64,000 bases of DNA. It comes from Camelus ferus. Lineage: Eukaryota. A model generated the notes under the pieces. The model worked only from the letters and a program-made list of their open reading frames with translations, was not told the DNA's origin and did not search any database. Within the stretch, counting starts at the first letter, position 1, and each line of letters opens with the position of its first letter. Positions 50,272 through 63,582 of this stretch are shown piece after piece. Position numbers and translations under genes: made by a program. The stretch lies in contig NC_045723.1 in NCBI RefSeq assembly GCF_009834535.1, positions 310,001 through 374,000 on the forward strand. Direction: 5' to 3'.

Positions 50272-51776
50272 CTACAGAGGAAGCGAGAGGGCAGCGGTGA
50301 GAGGCGCAGGGTGCACGCCGAGGGCTCAAGGCACCCAGTTGCTCACTGTGGACCCAAGCCGGCCAACAGCCATAAGCAGATTTACTCTATGACCTAAGTC
50401 TTTTATTCGTTTTTGTCTGTTAGCCAGCATCTGGAAGGTACTTTTTCCCAGTACATGTCCCCAGTCCCCACTGAGCCCAAGAACTCTGCTCTATCCTTTA
50501 CTGCTCTGCTGTTTGTCCCGGTGAGGAAGACATCTAATGTGAAATAATCAGGACTTCCTACCATACGCTACCCAACTAATCTAACGCGGACAACGGAGAG
50601 AGAGGTTGATGCAGGAGTCTCACATGGAGAACCGTGTTGGTGTGGCTGTCACAGTCACACTGAGCCCCTCACACCCCCCACTTCAGCTTCCCCACTGGAG
50701 TGCAAGTGGTGATGAGACGCTATGATGTGCTGGATGGCCTGCAACACACTGGGCGGCCTCAGCTCTTCATTCATGTCAGCATCTGCAGCTCGTAAGGCAG
50801 GTCTGAATAAAGGAGCTATAAAGGCGGCTAGCACAGTGCCTGGTGCATCAGGGCTGTTCAGACCGGGTCTCAGAAGAGAACCGTAACTTTACAATCAATC
50901 ACTTCTGGTCAATAACACGTGGCTTTACTTTTTAAGCAAATATGATAACCTTGTTTATCCTGCTTAACTGGGGACTCAAGCAATAAGCAATCTAAATACA
51001 CCGATTTTCCAAACAATTGAAGCCTACTCTTAATAAAATATGTTAAAACTATTTTTGAAAATAAGTAAATAGAATCATTTTGGATAACAAATTCTTAATG
51101 TCTTGCCCTGCACTAAAACAGTCCTGGGGGCAGTGCTTAAGATTTTGTGTCTAATACCAGAAATGATGTTATTAAGTGATTTATAATATCTGATGTCACA
51201 GTCGTATCATTTTTAATCAATTTTATAAGTTTGCATCTAGTGCAAATGCTAGAATTATACAAAAGAAATATTAAAAGCAATCACATAAAATAATACCTAA
51301 TATTTTTCTACAGTATTTTTCTTCAAACAAAAATGGTAATTTACATATTTTTAATACTTTTCCTATTTGATGTAATGTATACTCTTTGGGCCATGAAGAA
51401 TTTCTGTCATTTTATTTTTACTTAATACTGCATTGAATAGAGAGAGAGAGAGACACCTTAAAGCTGCCTATTGTTGGATAATTATCAAAAGCCTCGGTTA
51501 GAAGGTCACGGTCTGCTTTCTAAACGGAGGTGGTGCTACTCTGTCTCCTGTTACCACACTGGCGCACGGAGCAAGGTGTCTGCTCCCCTGCTCACACCCC
51601 AAGGACCCCGAAAGCAGACAGGTCGACTTACTCCATTAGAAGTGGTCTCTCTCGTGATGAAGTGATACACTAATAAATGATCAGTTTTAACCGTTCAGGG
51701 TTTTTAAACTTATTCCCAGCCCTCGGGCACCGTGTGTGTGGCTGACGCTACTTTTCAGAGCATGTGATGGCGTTAC

Positions 51777-51877
51777 CTTAAAGGCCATAAATTTGTGGTA
51801 TGGCTTGGGTGCCCATGCATACACTTCCACAGAACTCTTCAGAGCAATTACCAGAAACTTGATTCTTTCGTATTTTA
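51777..51877 (-). CDS. MAP4K4: MAP4K4 CNH exon ([34 protein letters not shown])
   Basis: tttcag|ta aaa ... aag|gtaac. 101 nt. Confidence 0.98.
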
Positions 51878-52794
51878 CTGAAATAACAAATAAGAGAAGC
51901 ACGGGTCAGTATCAACGTGGAACCCCAAATTCCTTTTGCTGTCTTCTGCGAACGTTATGAATACACCTTCTGTTGAGTCATCCAAACCGACACGAGAGAA
52001 ATGGCAGGAGAGACCAAGCCTCAGAGCCCCCCTCTTCCAGTTCGGTAACTAATGCACAGCTCGGGCTGCTCCCACCTTCCTGGACGCTGCACTGGACTCG
52101 GCACCAGCGCTCTGTTACTGCCAACGAGCACTTCCACTCCTGCTCCTGGTCTCCTTGGACTGAAAGTATTTAATAACAAGGACGGCGCCGGGCACCCCAC
52201 CCTGCAGGCTCAAGGGCTCAGTGTTACTTCAAAAGGTGACGATGTGGTCAGTCAGCCAAGAGCTTTGCTCCTCAGTCACAGGAAGGTCGAATCTCCCGTG
52301 TGGCTTCTCCTGAGTCCTCCGTGGGGCTTACAGACGGAGAACACAGAAGGCTACAACAAAATACTCATCAGCTGAGTATGGATTCTGCACACAAGACCAA
52401 TTACTCTTCAAACCACCTCCTGACCAAGACAGAGAGTAGTGGTCGCTGGGGCTCCACCTAACGCTCTGTACCAGGGAGCAGCAGTGAGGACAACCTCTCT
52501 TAACTTTCTGTGTAGATGAAGAGGCCCCCTCCACCCGGCTGTGTCAGCTCTCTGACAGGTGGCGACTCTGCTTAAAACCAAGGCCTCCGCCGGGCCTGGC
52601 CACACTTGACTCACTGACTGTCAGACCATCGGCTTCTTCGCACGCTCCCTAAATCACAGTGTGGCTTGATTCTCCCTTTGACCATGAGACATGGCCACTG
52701 ACTTGGCACCTCTCCTTGTTAAACTCCACATATTGTCACTACTCAAGTAAATCCCATGAATGTTACGACATAAAAGATTATGAGAGGTCGTCTA

Positions 52795-52970
52795 AACCAG
52801 TGCTGACAGAATTTTCTGTGATCATGGGAAGGTTTTGTATCAACCCTACTAATATGACGGCCACTAGTTGCACAGCACTACTGGGCACCTGGAATGTACC
52901 AGTGCCACTAAGGAGCTAAATTTTAAAGTTTATCTCCTGTTAATTAATTTTAATATAAATTTAAATAGCA
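52795..52970. mobile_element. MER3 (hAT-Charlie) element in a MAP4K4 intron
   Basis: ctaatatgacggccactag...gggcacctggaatgtaccagtgccactaaggagctaaattttaa...aaatttaaatagc. Confidence 0.7.
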
Positions 52971-54155
52971 GCCCCCCCCCATTCTTGATGGCAACCACAC
53001 TGCACAGCACAGGACTTGATAAATTGAATATAGTTTCCTAAAAGTATGAAGAGAACAAATGAAGGCTTGTGAGTCATTCTATAGGAATGACCGGCCTGAG
53101 TGAGGCCGGACGTGCTGTCCTGGGGAAAACCCCGGTTGAGTCTAACACAGCTGCCCCAAACTTCCCAGTAGGATAATCTTCTCACGGACACTTCAGCTGT
53201 CATGAGCCACCTCATTACACTGAGCCTTGGGTGATTTTAGTTACATCTTAACAAATAAATTGATAATTCACATAAACACAATACAGAAGCCCCTAATCCC
53301 AAATCTAGACCGAGCATGATAGCACCACTCGGAACCGACCCGATGGAGGTGAGGCACCTGCACGCATCACTAACTACACGACAGGAAGACACCGCCGGGG
53401 GTGGTCCCAGCCCTGGAGGCGGAGGGGCTGACCACAGCACCCACTCTCACAGACAGAACAAGAAAACGCGCGGCAGAAGCCGACATCCCAGACACCCCTC
53501 CTGTCCCGCAGTCTCAGGCGCATAGAGACCACCTGCCCGTCTTCTCAGCCTCCCACGTCAAATTCAACTAGAATACGTCATCTCATCCATAAAACTTTAA
53601 TTTGGCTAAGCTCCATTGTTTCCCCTTTATTTCCAACGTTAGTATCAGTATTTTTATTTTTCTCCCCAACACAAAAAAATTTATTTTGGTTTTTGTTCTT
53701 GTGAGATCTCATTTTATAAGAATGAAACGCCGGCCGGCCAGCGAGGTTCATTACTAGTGGCGAGCACAGCTCCACACGCGCACCTGACTCACAGCAAGGC
53801 CTGGCTCCTCGGGCAAATGCTCACTCGTCCATCAGTGACCGCTGGGACCCACAGCCCACTAAGGGAGAACAGGCCTGGGTACAGAGGACTCCAGGCCGGC
53901 TGGCTTTCCTTAAAGAGGTCCCCTGGAACCACATCTCACCAGGTGGGCTGAGCAGGGAGCCTGGCCAAGGACGGCAGGTGTGGACTGTGTTACGATCAAA
54001 GGTGCATTTTAAGTCTCACTGAGACACGGGATTAGAAGGTGCCTCTGAAATGAGCCACACATATTAGGAACAAGTTTATGACTAAAACACATTTTAAATG
54101 GGCAATTAATTAAATCCTGGAAAAACAAAACCCTTATGATCGTCTTGGAACTTAC

Positions 54156-54290
54156 CAACTTTATAGTGCACACATCCTTCCAAATCCCCTACGGTTGTCC
54201 AGCCCTGCTTCTTCTCGACTTCCGGGTCGTTGTGAAGTATTTTATTTCTTAACCAGGACAAATAGTAGACACGCAACTTATCCTTTTTGC
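54156..54290 (-). CDS. MAP4K4: MAP4K4 CNH exon ([45 protein letters not shown])
   Basis: ttttgctag|gc aaa ... gtt g|gtaagt. 135 nt. Confidence 0.98.
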
Positions 54291-54849
54291 CTAGCAAAAC
54301 AAACATAAGTGCTTTACGGCACGTTCAAAAGTAGATGTCATCACTCACAGTAACAGTAACTGAAAGAAATGTCAATGAACAGTAAACACGCCCCAAGGGA
54401 ACCATTCTGTACCAGTTTCATCACAAGCTCAATCCGAGCTATTCAGGAGGACTTTGGAAAACCTGCAGAACTGTCACTGGTACAGGCCTGAGTTAGAAGA
54501 AAAGGTTTCAAAAGAATAAGCAGCTCACACTTGTGCAGACGGACAATAATAAACCACAGGGTAACACAGACACTGCACAGCAAGGCAACCAGCAGAACTT
54601 ATTAAGATGCTTTTGTATATATTATGTCATCTGATTCTCAAAAAACCCTCTAGAGTAACTTATTTCCCATATGACAGCACAAGAGGGTTACGCAAATCAA
54701 CCAACGCAGGGACCTAGATCCAGCAAAAAGCAAGCCATGAGCTGGAGACGGGCAGGACTTCCAGAGCTAATGGAAGACCAACATCCAGAACATGAAAGGA
54801 GTGCCTACGAGTCAATGAGAAGAGAGATGACCTAACAGAAAAACTGAGC

Positions 54850-56760
54850 AAGCAACCGGAGCAGGCAAAAGAATTTACAGCACAGACTCGTAATTACAGA
54901 GGTACCTGCTCAATGGTGAATGCATATTAAAACCATACTGAGATACAATTTCATACAATTCATACAATTTCAGATATACATCAAGGTGTTAACATTATCA
55001 GTGTCTAGAATTAAACAGAGTGATAATACTGAAAGTAGGGAAGTGTGCAGTAACTAGAAACTTCAGAAACTAATGTAAACTGTCGGGACCACCTTGAAAA
55101 GCCTGACATTTTGTCTATTAAAGCAGGATGTACGTACACCCTACTTAAGATCCAGCAATTTCTGCCCCATATATAAACGTCTATGAGCAACAACAACAAA
55201 ATGATTTGAGCAAAAGAAGTGCCCGTCAGCAAGCTGAAGGAGAAAAATCATACGATCATAGCAATAGATGCAAAAAAAGAACCTGACAACGCCCAACACA
55301 CATTTCATGATAAAAACTCTCAGCAAACAGGAATAGAGGAGAACTGGCTCAATTTGATTAAAAAAAAAAATCTACAAAAGAACTTACAGCCAATATCATA
55401 CCTAATGGCGAGAAAACAGACACTTTCCCCCTGAGACTGGAAACAAGGGACAAATGTTCCCTGCCCCCACTCCTTCTAAACGTCACACTGGATGTCCCAG
55501 CTAATGCAGTAAGAAAAGGAAATAAAAGGTATGCAGATTGCAAAGGAAGAAATAAAACTATCTTTGTTTGCAGAAAACATAATTGTCTAGGTAGAAGATG
55601 CCACAAAGAATTGGCAAAAAAAAAAAAAAAAATTCCTGGAACTAGTAAGGGATTATAGCAAGGCTGCAAGACACAGGTTAATATACAAACGTCCATCGCT
55701 TTTCTACATACTTGCAAAAAGCAACTGGGGATTTGAAATTAAAAATGAAGCACCATCCACAGCAGCACTAAAAAAATTAAAATGGTGTAATTATTAACAA
55801 AATAGGCCTATACAAAATCTCTATGAGGAAAACTACAAAACTCTGAACAAAGAAATCAAAGGAGATCTAAGTAGACATTCAATGGTCACGGATAAGACTT
55901 GACACTGTGAAGAAGGCAGTTCTGGCCAACGTGACAGATTCAATGCAATCCCAACCAAAACCCTAGCAAGTTATTTTGTGCCCACCGAAAAACTCATTCT
56001 CAAATTTATGTGGAATGGCAAAAGAGCCAGAAGGGCAACACAATATTAAAAAAGAACAAATTTGGAGGACTGATGCCATCCAACTTCAAGATCTGCTATA
56101 AAGTAATCAAGATAGTGTGGTATCAGCAAAAGAACTGACAGATGTGTCAATGTAACAAAACAGAGAATCCAGAAACAGACCCACACAAATGTAACAAACT
56201 AGTCTTTGACAAAAAAAAGGTAATTCAAAGGAGAAAGGATAGCCTTTTCAACAAACATTGCTAGAACTGGAGATCCACATGCAAAAGAAAATGAATTTAT
56301 ACAGACTTTGAAACTCACAAAAAAATCAACTCAAAGTGCATTAAAGACCTAAAGATGAAATGCAAAGCTATAAAGCCTCTAACATAGGAGAAAATCTAGA
56401 TACAATCTCCTTGGATTTGGCAATGACTTTTTAGACATAACACCAAAAGCATGACCCATGAGAGAAAACTGGTAAGTCTGACGTCATTAAAATTAAACAC
56501 ATCTATTCTGCAAAAGCCACTGCAAATTTATTTTTCGTCTGATTTTAAAACCCATTTTTCATCTAACTACTATATATAAAAATAGATTAAAAAATTTCTA
56601 CTGTATAGCACAGGGAACTGTATTCAGTATCTTATAATAACCTTCAGTGAAAAAGAATCTAAAAACAAATGTGTGTGTGTGTGTGTACAACTGGGATGTT
56701 ATATTGTACACCAGAAACTGACACATTATAACTATATGTCAATTAAAAAAAATTTTTAAA
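54850..56760 (+). mobile_element. Intronic L1 fragments (ORF2 ~55200-56525; 3' tail ~56560-56760), antisense to MAP4K4
   Basis: aatcatacgatcatagcaatagatgcaaaaaaag...aaactatctttgtttgcagaaaacataattgtc...ttctcaaatttatgtggaatggcaaaagagccaga, plus tgtatagcacagggaactgtattcagtatct. Confidence 0.85.
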
Positions 56761-58052
56761 TGATCAATTAAAAAAAACTACTTTTCATCAACACTCAAGT
56801 TTTAAATGGTTGTCTTCTTATTTAAGTATGAGACAGATGGTGAAATTTTTGCATTTCAACAAACATCTTTACTTAAACCCAAAGCCTATCAGAAGACTAA
56901 AATAACTGCAAAAAATTTGTTACATATAAATAAATATGTAAGTTTGCATTAGCAGATAATTAAATCAAATCACTGCTGGTTATTGTAAGACGAGCCTTAC
57001 AATTCTGCACACTCTCTGACCCCAGCAATAATACAGATAGATTATTAGCAAAGTATGGTCTTATGCAACACGGATACATATGCCCAATGGTTAAGTGAGC
57101 TACAAAGATACTAGTGAAAAATGTTTCCATGAGAGGGAAAAAAAAAAGAATAAATGCAAAGACTTTCAACATAAGATGAGTACATTTTAGTATATCTATG
57201 CAGAGAAACATCCTGCAGCCACGCAGAATGGGTCTCGGGAAGGAATGTTAGTGACACGGGGACAACAGCCTACAAGGCTGGACAAACAAGAATGGACGAG
57301 ACACACATAACCCCAGGACGGGGTGTCACCAGGGTGAGCAGACCCCAAGTGTATGCACAACAGCGACCCTAATGTCTGTTTCACGATCTCGTCAGTACAC
57401 AGGGGCCCACTACTATCTCATTATCATTCTCTGCAGGTTCTCTGAAATATTGCATAACCATTTTTGTGCAGATTTCCCTCCTAAGTGTGTACTTTGAGTG
57501 TGCATATGCTTCAAAGATTGGAAGTTAAAAGCTGAAGTTAATAGATATTATTTTTGGACGATTTTACTATTTATTTCTCCCATTTGCTTTTCTGCAATAG
57601 TTGCTTACTTTCTATAATGAACATATATATTATAGAATTTATACTAAGAAAAATGTTCTTTCTAAAAACAGAGAGTAAGTGTTGAATGACATAAAAAAAA
57701 AAAAAAAAAGAGGTCTAACAGGATCCTTTTACCATCAATGGCAAAGAACACTTCTTTTGCACGAAAGAGTCCTGTGGAAGGGGACGGACATCCAGACGTT
57801 GAACCCCACAGGCCGCTGAGGGCGGGAAGTGGGGGGCAGGGGCAACAGGGAGTGGGAAGTGCGGGCTTCTGAGCTAGCTCGGCGGAGCTCCGGTCAAGTG
57901 TGGAGATGCGGCCCGTCCCGTTACTGTAAAATCACGCCACAGCTCGGTCTCATTTAGCTCTTACTTCACAAACTGAACTCACTCAAGTTCCGCGTGGGGA
58001 AGGACTCTGTTTTTAAGCAGTGCCGCAAGCCTGCTTTCCCAAACACACTCAC

Positions 58053-58196
58053 CAGATATTGTCACCAAGACATTCAAGCCTTCCAGGACGTCCATCTGTT
58101 GAAATCGTCTTCTGTTAATCAGAGGATACACCTTCCCTTGGCCACTTCTGTCCAGCAGCATCAGGCCACTCTCTGTACCCACCAACAAATTCACTC
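58053..58196 (-). CDS. MAP4K4: MAP4K4 CNH exon ([48 protein letters not shown])
   Basis: gaaatag|ga gtg ... tct g|gtgagt. 144 nt. Confidence 0.98.
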
Positions 58197-58624
58197 CTAT
58201 TTCAAGGACACAGAAAAGCCACAATTTGATGCTGTGCTTGGCAAACAGGCTGGCTACGTAGAAAGGGTATCATGACCTATCTGGAAATGAGACATCCTTG
58301 TGAACCTGCCCCACCTGCTCTTCCACCAAAGCACAGGGGCTATCCACCCAGAGTTACTCTAACAAGACAGTTTTAGATGTGAACATACTATGTCATTCTG
58401 TACAGCTTCAGAAAATACGATGGAAGCCTCTGGAATTTGGGGGAAAAGGTAAAAACCTGAGTATTTATTACCCATCTGTAGTGAGCTTTAACATAAAAGT
58501 ATATATACATAACTCCCAAAACATGATCAGCATCCCAAAACACGTACAGCCTGAGGAAGAAGGTTAATAAACCACGTGGCTTCTTCCATTGCTTGTAGCT
58601 GAGATCTTAGAATGCACCATACAG

Positions 58625-58800
58625 ACGAGCCTGCCCAAAGAACATTTCACTGCGATGTCCACTGTTAGGCAATGGCCACAGGTGGCTACTGAGCATGTAA
58701 AACGTGGCCAGTGCAGCTAGGCATCTGAAATTTCTATTGTAGTTCACTGAAATGTGAACAGCCCCATGAGGCCAGAGGCAACCATGACAGCCAGTGCGGC
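58625..58800. mobile_element. MER3-like element in a MAP4K4 intron
   Basis: atggccacaggtggctactgagcatgtaaaacgtggccagtgcagct...gaaatttctattgtagtt. Confidence 0.6.
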
Positions 58801-59858
58801 TACGGACGACACTGACGTTTTGCTGACTAGGTGACGCCATGCCTTTGAATCAGCACTCGTGGGACCTTCCACTTTAGGTCTTCCAGCAAGCCATTATATT
58901 TTTACAAAAAAAAGAAGCTCTCTTTAACAGAAACATCATGCACATCGGCTATCGACTTCATTCTACGAAAAAAGCTGTCCAACTTAAAAATTGGCTATCA
59001 TCATCAAAAAAAAAAAACAAAAAACAAACGCTTAAGCGACGCTCCATTCATTTTCATATAATTTTACTTTTGAAGTTGGCCTGTAACTAACTCCCTATCA
59101 ATGTAGGATTTATTTGGACATTATTTTAATGTTTCCCCCCAACATACATAGGTCGGGTCATTCTAAATAGCTTAGAAAAGAAAGGACAGAACACTGACAG
59201 AGGTGTAGCTGAAGGGCCCGCCCAAAGCCGCAGTTCATGTAACACATCAGTATTTTTCTGGTCACTCTTCAATACTGAGAAACTGAAAAAGTCTGTATCA
59301 ACTATCCAATGTGTAATAACTACCCAAAATACGAGTCTTGCAAAATCTACTATTTGTCGTTTCTAAAAATAAACAGCATTCAAACATCAATCAAGATTTT
59401 ACAGTAAGAATGAGTAAAGATTCAGAAGAGCTGGAAAACCCTCTTCGTATACACAGAAATTGCCAGTGTTTTGGCTTACATCTCGCTCACGTCTTACCCT
59501 CTAATTCTCATTATATATTTCTAAAAACTGTGTCATTCTATGAAGGAAAGCAATTCAACAAATCTCCTCATTCTCCCTGTAAATGTGGACCACATCAAAG
59601 GACTTCCTCCTCCTTTCGCACTTCCTCTGCGCATGAAAGGATGGAGACAAGTCATTCTCTCCAATGCCTAACGGCTGAAGCAAGGGCGGGCCCGGGTGCG
59701 TGCCTGCCCGATGCCATGGGGGGCGGGGCAGGGGACCTTCCAGCACACCCGCAGCAACGCTTCCCCACCCCCCGACTGTCCAGAACCGTACATCTCTAGA
59801 GGACAGTCCACCCTTTAGAACAACAACGGAAGGGTCAGGGCAGTAGGAAGGAACCTAC

Positions 59859-60029
59859 CCCACAGGGCAGCACAGAGAATCTCGGAGTTAAATCTCTTCT
59901 TGTACTTGCGGATCTCCGGGGTGTCGCTCTGTGGCCTAGTGTTGGTGGGGTTCACATTGACCACTGAGCCCTTCCGGGTAGGATCTTGCCTTATGGCCTC
60001 TGGTCTCATTCCATCACAGGAAAATCCCA
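59859..60029 (-). CDS. MAP4K4: MAP4K4 exon ([57 protein letters not shown]), start of CNH domain
   Basis: tttcag|tg gga ... tgg g|gtaggt. 171 nt, phases 1/1. Confidence 0.98.
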
Positions 60030-60320
60030 CTGAAACACACCACACCTGGAATGACGCTCTGTCCACGCGGGCAGCAGGCAGCTCCCTCCCCTACCACGCC
60101 TAAGTAAATATTCACGTCATAACCAACTGCCAAGGAAAAGAGATTTGTAAGAAATGCACATGGAAAAAGGAAAGCGACTGTGTAGCTCACTGCAGAGAAG
60201 GCAATGTAAGCGGGGTGGGGGTCTGGTCCTGAGTCTGCACCCGTGGACCACCACCGTGCGCACCTAAGCCGCTGGCAAGTGGTGCGCGGTGCCCCAGCTG
60301 CGTGTGGCGACCTTACTTAC

Positions 60321-60438
60321 CCACAGAGGTCACTNNNNNNNNNNNNNNNNNNNNNNNNNNNNNNNNNNNNNNNNNNNNNNNNNNNNNNNNNNNNNNNNNN
60401 NNNNNNNNNNNNNNNNNNNNNNNNNNNNNNNNNNNNNN
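60321..60438 (-). CDS. MAP4K4: MAP4K4 coding exon (TQSASSTLQ...VTSV), 5' part hidden in an N-run
   Basis: Visible 3' end gtg acc tct gtg g|gtaagt (VTSV, phase 1) joins in frame to the next exon. Start inferred from the recalled 118-nt human exon and falls inside N-run 60335-60466. Confidence 0.8.
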
Positions 60439-62415
60439 NNNNNNNNNNNNNNNNNNNNNNNNNNNNACAATGACAGCAAAAGGACGAACACAAAACCACC
60501 CACTTCTGCACCGCTCTGCTTCCTGGTACAGAGCCCCACCCCGCAACCCCCCCGCAACGCTCTGCAGGTGCCCCTGCGTGTGCACATCACACCACCAACA
60601 CAGGCCATTTAACCGGGACCACAGAGAGCGCCACCCCTTTCAGAAATATACTGCTGCTCTCAGACGGAATGTGCACGCCACCACCCAAATCTCTACTCCA
60701 CACTCCTCAGCTGTTTAGTAAATACTTATAATGAAAACTGCTAAAGGAGGTTTGAAATGTCTTGACCTCAACTCACCAATTTCTGAGTTTACTCTCCTGC
60801 CCCCTAAAAGTCCAATTAATCTATGTTGGAATACTGGCAAATCTGAATTTTATATAGTTTAATTTTAAAGTGAGCCCCCTGACAGAAAGCTACAGAAGCT
60901 TTGGCCACTGTCGCTTCGGGTGCGTCACCATTAAATCCATAGCAAACGGGCTCAGTGGTGACAAGGGCAGATACAGAGTAAGGCTAATCCTTTTGCTCTT
61001 CTAGGAACAGGAGTATTTTGGTTAATAATGTAACTTAAGACCCACCCCCCAAAAAAAACCCCCACAAAGAAAGTGAAACAAATTGTTAAGTGGAAATGTA
61101 ATGACAATTAAAAACAAAACAAACAGGAAAATAAACTTGCCAGTTTAGTGAGTTAGAGGTTATTGTAAATACTGTACATCAGAGCAAAACGGAGCCAAGT
61201 GTAAACATGAGGAAGGTGAGTGTGGGTGGGACCTGTCACTGGAGGAGAAAGCACACACCTGACCAGGTGCTTCTGTCCTGGACCGTGTCACCCTCCGGGG
61301 CAGCCTCCCCACACCCCTCCGAGCTCCCTCCTCCTAGCCCACCCGGGAGCGGGCTTCCCACCCGGGCCCGCAGCCTGAGGCCCCTCCAGCCGACAGAGGC
61401 CAACCTGATGCCTGAGCCTGCCCTGGACGCAGGTGATTCGCGCCTGCTCCTCGCAGGAAGAGGAGTATTCTGATTCTTTCTAACGAGGGAGCCAGAACAG
61501 GAGCTGGTGGGCAGGCAGCAGCTCAGCGTCTACGCTGACGGGTGGAAGCGGCATGCCCCCGGTAGCCGCCCCCCTCCAACCGTTAGACAAATGCATTTAA
61601 ACCAAATCTCCCAGGAAATCAGATCACTTGTTTAATTAAGGACAGGGTGCTCACAGTGGACTGTCACTGCACTTGGGGCAAAACCCTGTCCCCCCAACCA
61701 GCACCCAGACTGAGACCAGAGCCAAGCCTTCAAACATATACACGGATTTCCCACGCAAAATCTGAAATTAAAAGCATGCCCAGACCTTTGTCCTTCTTGT
61801 TTAACAACCTAATTTCCTAGGTTTCCCCAAAAAGCATTTGGCCTCTTAAACTGAGTGATTATCAATTTCAAGGAGAGACGTCCTTTTAACAAGGTTGGCA
61901 AAAACAAGTAAGAGTAACCAACCAGGAAGCCCCCCACCCACAGCAAAAACCAAAACCCCCACACAGTCCTTTCTGAAGGAGGTGCCTGTCTGTCCAGATA
62001 AGGCCAAGTCTGCTTAAGCACATTTTTCTCTATTTTATATATTGGATAAATAGAATGAAAAAGGCAGATTCTGCAGATGACCACCAGAATTTCATGCCAA
62101 ATACATATTGGATCTGAGAACACAGCAACCGTTTCATTTAGACTTTTTGAAAAATAAACTGAGTAAGGAAAGCCATGCAACTACATTTATCTAGAGAAAA
62201 GTAAACAGTGAACTGGCAAGTTTGTAGGGAATTTGATCCAGGGTTAGGGTCTGTATGCAGATCTGAAACATGTTACTTGGGGGTGGGGGGAGGGGGGTGA
62301 CAGAAGAAGGCGGGCGGGCAGGGGAGGTGAGGGCGTGGGGAGGTCTCTGCAAACTAGCTACCAGGCCGTGCTGGTCCTACCCTGGGAGAGCAGCCAGCTG
62401 TGGTGCAAGACATNN

Positions 62416-62607
62416 NNNNNNNNNNNNNNNNNNNNNNNNNNNNNNNNNNNNNNNNNNNNNNNNNNNNNNNNNNNNNNNNNNNNNNNNNNNNNNNNNNNNN
62501 NNNNNNNNNNNNNNNNNNNNNNNNNNNNNNNNNNNNNNNNNNNNNNNNNNNNNNNNNNNNNNNNNNNNNNNNNNNNNNNNNNNNNNNNNNNNNTGGTCAA
62601 CTGTACT
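62416..62607 (-). CDS. MAP4K4: MAP4K4 alternatively spliced 192-nt cassette exon (STVDQ..., 64 aa), mostly hidden in an N-run
   Basis: Acceptor ttttctctgcag|AGT ACA GTT GAC CA = STVD(Q) is visible at 62607-62594. 14 visible nt + 178 N = 192 nt. The remaining 2 N followed by visible atgt give a GTATGT donor. The 3' end is inferred from the recalled human 64-aa exon. Confidence 0.8.
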
Positions 62608-63582
62608 CTGCAGAGAAAACAGGCACACTGGGCTCGCTCAGGCACTGCCGACCCTGCCTACCGCCCTGCTGACACCTGACCCTTCACGGTGCTGTGCGAC
62701 TCCTCAACTCTGTTACGTCACCAAAGAAAAGCCTGGAGGAAATCGGCCGGAGTGGCTGCCGCCTCCCCGCCGGGTGCCTAAGCTCAGCCAGCAGCACTGA
62801 GTACCTCCCCTGGCAGCCATCGTGCTCAAGGCACTGGCTGTCGGGTCTGGTGCATGTGCCACACTAGCGGCTCCTATCAAAACGCTGGCGGGCTCCCCCC
62901 CACCCCACCGCTTTTCTTCTTAAATCTTTCTGTCTAAAGCTCTAGAAAGTACCCTGTCTCTTCTTTGAATCCTGGTCTTTTCCAGACCAGATCCTTCCCA
63001 CTCTCTATCCGAAGGCAAGGCCACAGCATGAAAGACACTCAGGGAAAAGTCCAAAGGACTAGACAGGTGCCCTGTTCTACATGAATGAGAAGCGAATCAC
63101 TTTTCTTCCATCTAAGCTAAGAAATGAACAGACAGTTGTAAAACTTGATAACCCAAACTGAGCACATCTGGGTGGGACACATATAATACTCAACAAGGGG
63201 GAGACTGACATTTGAGCACAGAAGGGGGACCTCCCCACCCTTTGGCTCCAGGACGGCCCCTGCCTGACTCAAGAGCCGGGAGCTGCGTGCGGAGCCGCTG
63301 GCTGCCCCGCCCAGGCCGGGCTCTCCCTCAGTGCTTCCCTGCACTAGGACACAGCTGCGGGCTCGGCGCCGTGCGGGCCATGCAGAGGAGCAGGATGGGC
63401 ACACTGCCGGCTGCCTCCGGGACACGCAGCACACCTGCCTCCCTCGCCCCCGACACGCTGCCCTCGGGTCTGGTTAACATGACAACAGATGACGATGTAG
63501 GAACAGCGTGAGTGAGTGAATGAGCAGTGGGTTAATGACTACAGGAGCAGCTCAGCCTCTGACAGCGAGGACACGTGGGTAC

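Noticed and set aside
55141-55717. ORFs with reverse-transcriptase-like fragments
   Set aside because: Decayed L1 ORF2 with frameshifts and stops; not an active element.
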